In this document: piece by piece, positions 1 through 9,851 of the stretch
Position numbering within the stretch: the first letter of the stretch is position 1
How the letters are laid out: each line of letters starts with the position of its first letter
NCBI GenBank assembly: GCA_016748015.1
Contig: JAAOMT010000276.1
Coordinates: 1 to 64,000, forward strand
Reading direction: 5' to 3'
From: Geosiphon pyriformis uo1
Taxonomy: Eukaryota > Fungi > Glomeromycota
Length of the DNA stretch: 64,000 nucleotides
Position numbers and translations under genes: made by a program
Notes under the pieces: generated by a model
What the model was told of the DNA's origin: nothing
Database searches by the model: none
What the model saw: only the letters and a program-made list of their open reading frames with translations

Positions 1-500
1 AAAAAAAAAAATAAGAAATAAGCCAAGGCAATTTGCAAGTTAGTATCTCATCAATAGCCATGATCAAGAGCTATTGTTTCAGTATGGTTAAGTATCTGTT
101 ACTATCAACATAAAGTGTTGATAGTGAAGAATGAATTTGATATAGTGAATAATTATTTATTTGAGGATTGTGGTAACTAAGTTAAGGATTCTTGGTGTTG
201 ATTCTGTCTTTTTTGCTTCTAATACTACTGTTATATATACATATTTGAGATTCCTCAATTCCTCAATTCCTTGTGACAGGAATCCTGGAATTACTGGAAT
301 CCTGCAATTCCTGATGAGAGGAATCCTGGAATTCTGGAATTCTGGAATCCTGCGATTCCTTGTCAGAGAATCCTAAAATTCCTGGAATCCTGCAATTTCT
401 TTAAGAAAAATTTTGGAATTTCACATTTACTATGTCTACATTTGATTGACTAATATCTACTGACTAATAATACTATATTTCCTATATTCTATGAGTAATA
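1..500 (-). repeat. 3' LTR of element 1 (partial)
   Basis: Near-identical to ~9360-9851; terminus GTAATA is a decayed GTAACA. Confidence 0.95.
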
Positions 501-515
501 TTATTCCCTCCTTTT
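501..515 (-). promoter_or_regulatory. Polypurine tract of element 1
   Basis: Minus strand AAAAGGAGGGAATAA abuts the LTR; equivalent tracts at 62909-62923 and ~60797-60812. Confidence 0.9.
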
Positions 516-1173
516 AATATTAAGCTTTATCAAAATCTAATTCCTTTAATTCTTCCTCTTGAAGTATTTCCTGAATTTCATTTTCGAGAATTACTTGTGT
601 TATTTAAGTCTGTAATTTTTCAAATTGAGCATTGGTAATTTTTCCCAATTGATTACTGGTAATTGTATCTATTGCTTTGTTGAGTAGAATTTCTGGTCAA
701 TCCTGAAATGCTGTGTGTATTCGGTATATAGCTCGAGCTTGTGTGGATAAGTTGTTTTTCTCCACAAAATGTTCCAGTTGTTGTAGTATTATTGTGTCGA
801 ATAACTGCTTTGTTTTATCTGTATATAAGTTCTGAATATTCACATGTTGTTCCAAGTAAAAATAACAATAATTTTTTGAAAATTGTTGTGTTCACTAAAT
901 TCAAGTTTCTCTGGTAAGTTCTTGGTATAATCCGACTATTTGTTGTTCTTTTATGGCCAATTTTATTTTGGTCATGATCTTGTCAACAACATTTTCAAGT
1001 CTTTTCTGTGCTTTGTTTTATGGTATCTTTGCTGTATTTTTGTAATGAATGGTTTGTTGATTGATTGTAATTTCTATCTCCTGGTGTTGGATTAATTGAA
1101 AAATTTGTTGGGCTAGTGAATAGATATTGTCTGTAATTTCCATTTTCCTGATCTCTTCTGTTGGATTGACCAT
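514..1173 (-). pseudogene. Extra post-integrase ORF (~219 aa, unknown function) of element 1
   Basis: ATG at 1173 to stop at 514-516 spans 660 nt in one frame, broken only by point nonsense codons; a same-length homologue lies at 62922-63581. Confidence 0.75.
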
Positions 1174-1189
1174 GTTCTTATATATTCTT

Positions 1190-2580
1190 TTGTCAATCAA
1201 TTGGACATGTTGTTGTCAAATGATAATGATTGGTTCCAGATCTCGTGGAATCTTATCTGGTTGGATTAGTATTCTCTGTACTCCTAATTGTAAAATATTA
1301 CTAGTGGATGATAATGCTATATGGTAGTATAGTTTCAGTCAATCTCCATGTGCTGCTTTGGTCAAGATTTTGTTATTTAATCTTAATTTGTAAGCTCCAT
1401 TTCCTAGAATTTCTTCTATGTGAAATGGTCTGTCCCATTTGGGGTCAAATTTTCTACTCTATTGTTTTTCTGCTTTGGTACAATATAGTAGTACTTTGTC
1501 TCCAATCTTGAGTTCAACTGGTTTATCTGGTAGTTGGTTATCATGTCTTTCTTTTTGTTTCTCTTGTGACTTTTGTATGTTATCAGCTGCTCTTTGTCGT
1601 TTGTTTTTTAATGTTTTCATTAAGTCATATGTTCTTCTTAACAATGTGTTTTTGAAATTCTCTTCTGTTATTGGTTCAGTTGGGTATGTGCTGACTTCTA
1701 TTTCTACTGGTAGTGTTGCTGTTCTATCATATACTAATTCAAATGGTGTTGCTTGTGTAGTATCTTGCTTCATTGTCTGATAAGCAAATAGTACTGATGG
1801 TATCAACAAATCCCAATCGTTCTGGTTTTTTTGGCTAAGCTTAGCTATTGCCTCACACAATGTTCTATTGAATCTTTTGACTAGTCCATTGGTTTGTGGA
1901 TAGTATGGTGATGATAGTGGTCTCTTAATTCCGAATCTTTGGCTCAATTCTGTTAATGTTTTGTTCACAAAATAAGTTTCTTGGTCTGATAATAATTCCT
2001 TTGAACATCCATGTTAACAAATCAAATCTTGATAAATAAATTCGGCAACAGATTCTGCATCCGCTCTTTGAATTGCTTTCGCCTTTGGCCATTTAATAAG
2101 ATAGTTCATGGCTATTGCTATGTATCTGTTTCCTCTGCTGGTAATTGTTAATGGTCCAACTAAATCAATTCCAATATGGTTGAATGGTTGTCCCACTTTG
2201 ATTGGTTTTAATGATTTACTGGGTTTCATATCTCTTTTTTGCTGATAAGCATCACAATTTTGAATATATTAGATGATGTCTGGATACATTGATGGCTAAT
2301 AGTATCTTTTTTTGGTTCTTTCTATGGTTGCTTCTTTGTGAAAGTGTCCTGTTGTTGGATTTGAGTGCATGTTGAATAATATTGTCTCTTTTTCTGGCTT
2401 TGTAATTATTCTGGTTGGTTGCTTTAGATCTCTTCTATTTTTTCAATAAAGTATATTTTGGTAAGTGATAAAATATTTTGATTGTTGTTTGATACTCTTT
2501 CATTCCATTTGAGATAAATTCTCCTTGAACTGTTGAGTGTTTATATAATGTTGTAGTTGTTAATATTTTTGTATGTTCAT
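1190..2580 (-). pseudogene. Integrase (HHCC zinc domain, rve core, GPY/F-like C-terminus)
   Basis: Motifs HSNPTTGHF..CDAYQ, IGIDLVGPL, SPYYPQTNGLVKRFNRTL, TPFELVY, KWDRPFHIEEILGNGAYKL. Confidence 0.93.
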
Positions 2581-2659
2581 CTTTTATTATATTTTTTATT
2601 GATATTGTTCTGGTTTTGTTATATTTTTGGGTTGAAATGTTCTTAGATTTGTTTTATTT

Positions 2660-3960
2660 GTGACAAACCATCAGCATTTCTATTGTCTTTTCTTTTTTAT
2701 AATGTATAGTATAATTATATGGTGCAAGTGCCATTTTTTATCTTGACTGTCTTCCATCTCCAAATTCTTGTTTTTGAAGTGATGTTAATTCTTTATGATC
2801 TGTGTATACTTCAAACTTTTGGCTCAAGTATTTTTTCCATTTCATAACTGCCCAGTATATCACTAAGTGTTCTTGTTTTAGTGTTTCATAGTTCTTTTCG
2901 GCTGGTGTTAAACCTCTGCTAGCATATGCTATTGGATGTTCTCTGCTGTCTGTTCCTCTCTGAGATAGTACTACTCCCAATGCTTGGCTGGATGCATCGG
3001 TGGTAATAATGAATGGTTTGCTGTGATCTGAATAGATTAGTACTGGAGCTTGAATAAGCTTTCTTTTCAGAATATTAAAAACTTCTTGTTGACTTTCTGT
3101 CCATTCATATTTTGTATTCTTGGTTTGCAGTTGGTTGAGTGGCTGTGCTATCTTGGAAAAGTTCTTGATAAAACGTTGATAGTAGCTGGCAAATTCTAAG
3201 AATGATTTCAGTTCTGTCATATTGGTCAACACTGGAAAGTTCTTTACTATCTCTATTTTCTCTGGATCCATTTTGATGCCATCTTTGCTGACTATATGTC
3301 CCAAGAATTTTAGTTCTGTCTTGCTGAAAAAGCATTTTGTTGCATTTAACTTTAGTCCTGCTCTTCTTAGTTTTTTGAACACTTGTTAAAGATGATGAAG
3401 ATGATCATCAAATGTTTTTGAGAATACATTAGTTTTGTCCAAATATATAACTACTGATTTCCACAGTAAGCCAATATAAACAATTTCCATTAGCCATTGG
3501 AAGATGGCTGGAGTATTGGTTAAGCCGAATGGCATTACTTCAAATTCAAAATTCTCTTCTCTTATGGTGAATGCCGTTTTCTCTTTGTCAGCTGGATTCA
3601 TGGCTACTTGCCAGTAACCACTGTCCAAGTCTAATGTTGAGAACCATTTGTTCCTGCCAAAAGCATCGAATAATTCCTGTATCTGTGGAGTTGGATAGTT
3701 GTCTCCACGAGTTACACTATTGAGTTTCTTGTAGTTCACACAAAATCAGATCTTTCCATTTTTTTTATGGATGAGTACCACTGGTAATGACCATGGGCTC
3801 ATTGATAGCTGAATTAACCCATTGTCAAGCATTCAGTTTATCTCTTGATGAATAATCTCGTGGCTGGCTGGTGGCATTCTGTATGCTTTTTGTTTAATTG
3901 GCATTGCATCTCCAGTCTTGATTTAATGCTAGATGATATCAGTTCAGCCAAACTCGTTTT
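2660..3960 (-). pseudogene. Reverse transcriptase + RNase H
   Basis: Motifs SPWSLPVVL, FCVNYKKLN, LDLDSGYWQV, MPFGLTN, YLDK (decayed YLDD), FLGHIVS, TDASSQALGVVLSQ, VYTDHK. Confidence 0.96.
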
Positions 3961-4419
3961 CACTGGCAAAGATGTCATTGAAATTGTTGAGCAATATCTT
4001 GAGCTGCATACATTGGAGTGGATCTAAGTTTCTTATGTTCATTTGTTCCAATTGTTCTGGTTGGAGCAAATAACATTTACTTCATCCGTATATTGTTTGT
4101 AATGTGATATTGACATATTCACAAAGCTGTGGAAAGTCTGGAATGGTGCTTAGTGGTTGATTCTCTATTTCAGTGCTTAAGTATCCAATAGTGGTTCCGG
4201 CTGGTATTACTATGACATTTTTTGTGTTATTATAGATGGGAATTTTGATGTAGTTGTAATTTTTGGCTGGTATGTAGAGATTAATGAGTCCAATCTCTCC
4301 TGATTCACAAAGGGTTGGTTTTGTTTCAAAAATCTGATTCTGTTCTTTTACTTCTCATTTTATCTCTACTATGTACTGGCCATATGGTGGAATGGAAATT
4401 GCTTGACCCATCGAGATAA

Positions 4420-4900
4420 TTTCTCTTTGGTCAACAATTTTTTTTTCTGCCATATTGACTGGTACGTTTATTCTACCCGTTGATCCAAATCTCTGTATTC
4501 CTCTTGCTGTTATTCCTAATTTTTCCCTATTTCCCACTGACACTAATTGAGTTATCTTAACCAGAAGTAGAAATATTGTCTGTGTGATTTTCTCATTGGG
4601 CTCTATTATATAGGTCTTTTCTGAGTTATTTTGTAGCATAGTGATAATATTTCCCACATATCCCATGTCAATTATTCCTCCTCTGATGTTTATCCCTCTT
4701 TTTGCTAAACTACTTCTAGATGCTAATTGAACCATTGTTGTTGCTAGAATTTCTAGTGCTACTTTCAAATCAATACTGGTGCATGAATATGGTTCCAATT
4801 TGATGGCATCTTTTCTTGGATACTTCAGATCAAACCCAGCATCAGTATCATGTGCATGTTTAGGCATAATACTCTCATCATTATTGCTGAATCATTTTAG
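4420..4900 (-). pseudogene. Trimeric dUTPase domain within pol
   Basis: All five motifs are recognisable: DAGFDL, ASRSSLA, GGIIDMGYVGNI, KITQ, RGIQRFGSTG. Same frame as PR and RT. Confidence 0.93.
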
Positions 4901-4999
4901 TTCCAATTCCCTAGTGAGGTCAGGGATTGCGATATATTGTTCATATTTTGTATCAGAGTTTGCATCTGAGTTGAAATCAGTATTGTTGTTGTTGCCATA

Positions 5000-5790
5000 T
5001 TAAACAGAGCTGGAACCGGTGTTTTCATTGTTATTGTTGTTGGAGTTTGAATCAGAATCGAATGGTGATTCTGATTCTGATGTGCAGCTGCTGATTGGTT
5101 CCTCTTCCTCTGGGATTGTATAGATTATGCAGATTGGTGGATTGTAAATGAGGTCACACTCATTATAATATTGAAAGTTACATGGGATCAAACAGTGGTT
5201 ACATAATCGAGTGTTTAGTTGTGCTAACTGCTCTTCTTGTTTTTTTCTTGTGGGTGCTAGTTGTTGGTAGTGTTTGTAAAATTCCTCAAGATCATTCTCA
5301 ATGTTGCCAAAAACATCAAACGTTCTAACATATTCTGGCTCTGGGAGGGATAATGGATTGGTTTTGATTTCCTGTAACTCACTGGCTGTAGTTCCTTCTG
5401 CTATTGCATATGTCATTCTCTAGATCTCATGTTCGTCATGTGGGTAGCCTTTCAAACATCTTAAGGCTTGTTTTCATGCATCATCGATTGAGGTCTTTTT
5501 TCGTACCCAATTGTTTATTAGGATTGTGTACTGGCATGTTTTATCACATGTTTCTCCTCACCCTGGAATGTCATTCCACATTCCTTCATCCAGAAGTGTT
5601 TCTCCACATGCTAGGCATGGCATATTGTCCCATTTTCCTATTTTTAGTGGTCGGCCATCACATTTAATGACACATGAGTGACAATAGTATCATGTTGCTG
5701 TCTGCTAATTTTTGTCGTTGCCACAACATGTGCCTATCATTGACAATTTCTTGCCACAAGTGACGCATTCGAGTTTAGGTCAATGGTAGG
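5000..5790 (-). pseudogene. Cys-rich (multiple CxxC) module between protease and dUTPase
   Basis: Manual translation gives CVTC, CC, CHSC, CLAC, CDKTC and CNHCLIPC..YNEC, in the pol frame. Confidence 0.7.
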
Positions 5791-6119
5791 TGGCCTGATG
5801 TTGTATAGAATATGGGACATATGTAGAGGTGGTAGATTGTGCTGGCTCTTCTTTTTGTTCCTTCCCTTTTCTTTTCTCTTCCCAAGTCTATTCTGTGGTT
5901 GGTTCACTTTGGCTGTCATCACTCCAATATCTCTGATTTGTTCTCCAGGTAAGTTCTTCTTCTTCTTTTTTTTTCCTTTTGTCGTCTCATGAGAGTATGG
6001 GCAGTAGTTTGTTGTGGTCGTCTTTAGCCCAAGAAACTTGGTATGCTTCCCAAGTAGGCTTCTTTTCTTCTTTCTCCAGCTCGATCAATGGTTCCTTTCT
6101 TGAAGGAGCTTTGAAATGG

Positions 6120-6520
6120 CCACACGTGGCCAGTGCTCAAATGTGTTGGCCATTCTGTCTGAACTGGAGCTCTTGTGTTATCCAGTCAAGTACAGCATTG
6201 GTTTTTGATAACCAGTCATTCTCAACTAAAGCTTGGTACTGAGTGGCTTCTATTACCAAGCCTTTAATCGGTGTGACAAGACCATTAATTTCAAATGGGA
6301 AATCATCAATCTTACCAATAGGTGTTTTGGTGGCGCCATCAGCAGTGATGATGCATGCATTGGCAGCACAATCAACTCGGCGACCTAATTGGTCCATGAA
6401 CTGTCTTGTAATGATACTGCCAGCTAATCCACTATCTAGGATGAGTTTGATGGGGTAACCATCAACTCTGGCATCTGTGTATATTGCTGTGATGGGTTTT
6501 TCTTTGAGGATAGCTCCACT
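6120..6520 (-). pseudogene. Retropepsin aspartic protease
   Basis: LILDSGLAGSII catalytic motif; ITADG; ALVENDWL (decayed LVGNDWL). Confidence 0.92.
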
Positions 6521-7049
6521 AAATAACAGTACTAGTGTGATTTCTTTGAGTTCAAAAGGAAAGATAGCTGCTAGGAATTTGTCATTGAAGATGGTTGCTG
6601 GTGGAATTGTGTTGATAAGTAATTGCTGGTTGGGCTTTGAGTTGTTAGATGTGGCATCTTCTGGGGTAACCAGGAAACTTAAATAGCATTGGGAATTTGG
6701 GTTTTGGGTGTGACTGGTATTCAAATTCTGTGGACGTGATCCTGATTGTGGGTTTAATGAACTGGGGATCAGTTGGTAAACAGCTATTGCCAATCTCCAG
6801 TTTTGAGTGACTCTGGATCGAGGGTTGCCTGATGTTATTTGAGCTGGATTCAGGGGTGGTGTTTGAATTGGTTGGGGTTAATAGATGATTTGTGGCTGTG
6901 GTTGATATATTACTTGCAGTTGCAGTTGATAAATCGGAGTTTGATATACTGGTGTAAGTATTTAATACATTGGTTGCGTTACTGGCAAGTAAGTGGGTTG
7001 ATATTGTTCCTGATTTTGTTAATATCTTGGAGTTTGAAATTGGCAATCA

Positions 7050-8900
7050 AAGTTTCTATATTGATTTCCTGATTGCAGATGGTTATAAGTGTTGCAGTTG
7101 GCTTTGATGTGCCCTTGTTTACCATAGTTGTGACAGACACACGTCTTTGGCTGTCACTGCTGATTGGCTGATGTTAAGAGATGCACTTGATTTTAGGAGT
7201 GATTGTAGTTTCCTGGATTGCTGCGCCATTAAGATGATTGATAAATTGCATAATTGTCAGCTAAGTATTCTTCCAATTTTTGATTAATTGAATCACTGAA
7301 TTGTTTCAATTTGGAGTCCAATTCAGATAATCTATTTATCACTAAGTTGACGGCTTGGGCGTGGTTAGTCTCAAGTTCTGCAGCTTCAAAATCTCTAGTT
7401 TGTGTGACTGCAGTTGGTAGGTCAGCTGGGTGCATTGGGCATACCTATTAGAGAAGGCTGCTGTGCAATTCTCTGATAAACTGATTTAAAATTTGTGGTG
7501 CTGTGAAGTAGTTAGCTTCAATGGCTTGAATCTGACGCAGATTTTTATGGAAGTGTCCTAGATAAGTGGTGACTGTTTCAGTGTCTCCTTGTTTGATGGT
7601 GTTGAAGGTGTTGGCTAATCTGTTGATGCTATTATTATTGCTAAAATATCTCAGGAACTCAGTTTTGAACTGCTGAAATGTTTGTGGTGGGGCAACTAAA
7701 CTCTGATATCATGCATCTACAGTATCCTGGAGAAAATAGGAGATCACTTGAAGAGCTCTGGCATTGTCCCAATTATTGGCGACGATTGCTTTGGTGATGT
7801 TATTTATCCATGTTTGTGCATCATCTTTGTTGCCAGTAAATTTTTCAAGTTTGGCTATAGGTGCATATGCCATTTGTTGCTGCACAGGTTGTTAAAGTTG
7901 TTGTGGCAGTGGTTGAAGCTGTTGGGCAGGTTGTTGAAGAGATTGTTGATTTGGTTGATGTGGCTGTTGGATGAATTGGTGTATAGATTTGGCTATTGGA
8001 TCAATTGGTGGTTGATCAATAATGATATTCAGAGATAAGTTATTCTGATTAATTTGTTCAAGGTTTTGCAGTGTTTGAATATTTGGAGTTGTGTTTTCTG
8101 AATTTTCTAAATTTGGGTTTATTGGGGTTTGAAAATTTGGGGTTTTGAATTCTGAGTTTTTTGAGATTGGGTTTTGGTAAGTGAATCCTTAATTTTCACT
8201 TCCTTCCTCTTCTTCTTCTGATAATTCCCATGGAGTAGTGGCTCTAAAATCTGGTTGGGGTATTGGTGATCGAATTTCTAATGACATTGGGAATCATGAT
8301 TTAAATCTTTCAAAATACACTCTGTATGGTCCTAGTAAGTCTTCTTTCCATTGTTTGCTTTGGAACTGAAATCTTCCAAATGTTGATATTGCATTTGATG
8401 TGGACATGTCTGCTGATGAAATGTTGATGGCACTTTCAGGTATGTAGTGATATGATCGAGCAGTTGGTGATTCCATTCTGTGTTTCTTCCAACTAGGTAA
8501 CTGTATTTCTTTTGGTGTTGCTGTTGGTGTTTGTATTTTTCCTTTATCTTTGTCTGCATAGGTAATAGGAAATTGTTGTTGCATATATCTTTTAATGATT
8601 TGATTAATTTCTCTGATTATTGGTGCAAAACTATAGTTCCTTGGGAAGTTGGTGTGTTGGAATAATTCTGTATAGAAGTTTTCTCTTGCTGCTTCAATGT
8701 TAACTGTTCCTCCTAAGCATTCAGTGATTTTGTTATTAACGTAGAAGTTGAAGGCTGATTCGGCTGAGTAATGATTACTGTTTAATTCTAATTGTTGGCT
8801 GTATTGTTGAAACAAAAATTTTGTAAATCCTAAATGGTTTGCTCCTATATTTTCTGATTCTGCCACTGTTGATTAGTTGTTGATGCTGGTTCTCTGTAGG
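7050..8900 (-). pseudogene. Gag (long N-terminal region, Gln/Pro-rich linker, capsid-like region, CCHC knuckle)
   Basis: ORF fragments 8294-8866 and 7229-7435 share the pol frame; the knuckle CHNYGKQGHIKANC at ~7100-7140 has Cys2 mutated to Tyr. Confidence 0.85.
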
Positions 8901-8906
8901 ATTATA

Positions 8907-8923
8907 CCTCACAGAGAGCACCA
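8907..8923 (-). promoter_or_regulatory. Primer-binding site of element 1
   Basis: TGGTGCTCTCTGTGAGG begins 2 nt inside the LTR end; complementary to a tRNA ending CCUCACAGAGAGCACCA. Confidence 0.9.
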
Positions 8924-8925
8924 AA

Positions 8926-9851
8926 TGTTACAGGTGATTCTTTGGGGTGTCAAGTAAATAACAAACCTGTAACTTGGTGCTTAAAGCAATTGGTAATGAT
9001 GATAATCTGAAGGTATTTTATCTGAAGGTTTTCCAATTGAGTTCTTTGTATAATGGACAGAGATTCAATGATAACAGTTTATCAGTAGTTTCCTGGCACC
9101 ATAGTTTTGCCGATTGCTTGCTTAGCTTGATAGTTGATGATTCTTCTGGTATGATATTCTCTGTAAGTGTATACCAGTGTGGTTTCCTGATGTCAGTTCT
9201 TCCGTAAGTCCTCCAAGAGTAAGTATTGTTTAAGTAAGTTTATTCCTCCATAAGTCCTCCAAGAGTAAGTATTTTTAAGTAAGTTTTATTCTTCCGTAAG
9301 TTCTCTAAGAATAAATCCTTTAATCAAGTTAGTAGACAACAAAAAAAATACAGAAAGATAAAAGAGAAAATAAGAAATAAGCCAAGGCAATTTGCAAGTT
9401 AGTATCCCGTCAATAGCCGTGATCAAGAGTTATTGTTTCAGTATGGTTAAGTATCAGTTACTATCAATATAAAGTGTTGATAGTGAAGAATGAATTTGAT
9501 ATAATGAATAATTATTTATTTGAGGATTGTGGTAACTAAGCTAAGGATTCTTGGTGTTGATTCTGTCTTTTCTGCTTCTAATGCTACTGCTATATATACA
9601 TATTTGAGATTCCTCAATTCCTCAATTTCTTGTAACAAGAATCCTGGAATTTCTGGAATCCTGCAATTCCTAATGAGAGGAATCCTGGAATTCTGAAATC
9701 CTGTGATTCCTTGTCAGAGAATCCTGAAATTCCTGGAATTCTGCAATTCCTCTGAAAGGAATCTTGGAATTCCATATTTACTATGTCTACATTTGATTGG
9801 CTAATATCTACTGACTAATAATACTATATTTCTTATATTCTATAAGTAACA
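8926..9851 (-). repeat. 5' LTR of element 1 (926 bp)
   Basis: Termini TGTTAC...GTAACA; TATA-like site at ~9590; U3 array of GAATCCTG/GAATTCTG units at ~9605-9772. Confidence 0.96.

Larger units (their letters stand above)
1..9851 (-). mobile_element. Ty3/Gypsy LTR retrotransposon 'element 1', near full length (3' LTR cut by window start), dUTPase-bearing, inactivated by nonsense transitions
   Basis: Direct repeats 1-500 and ~9360-9851; PBS at 8907-8923 and PPT at 501-515; internal order gag-PR-dUTPase-RT-RH-IN on the minus strand. Confidence 0.96.

Noticed and set aside
514-1173. env gene or chromodomain
   Set aside because: No signal peptide, TM helix, furin site or chromodomain aromatic pattern is visible.
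4355-4867. Host DUT1 gene
   Set aside because: In frame with the flanking pol domains, between LTRs, and repeated at the same position in element 3.
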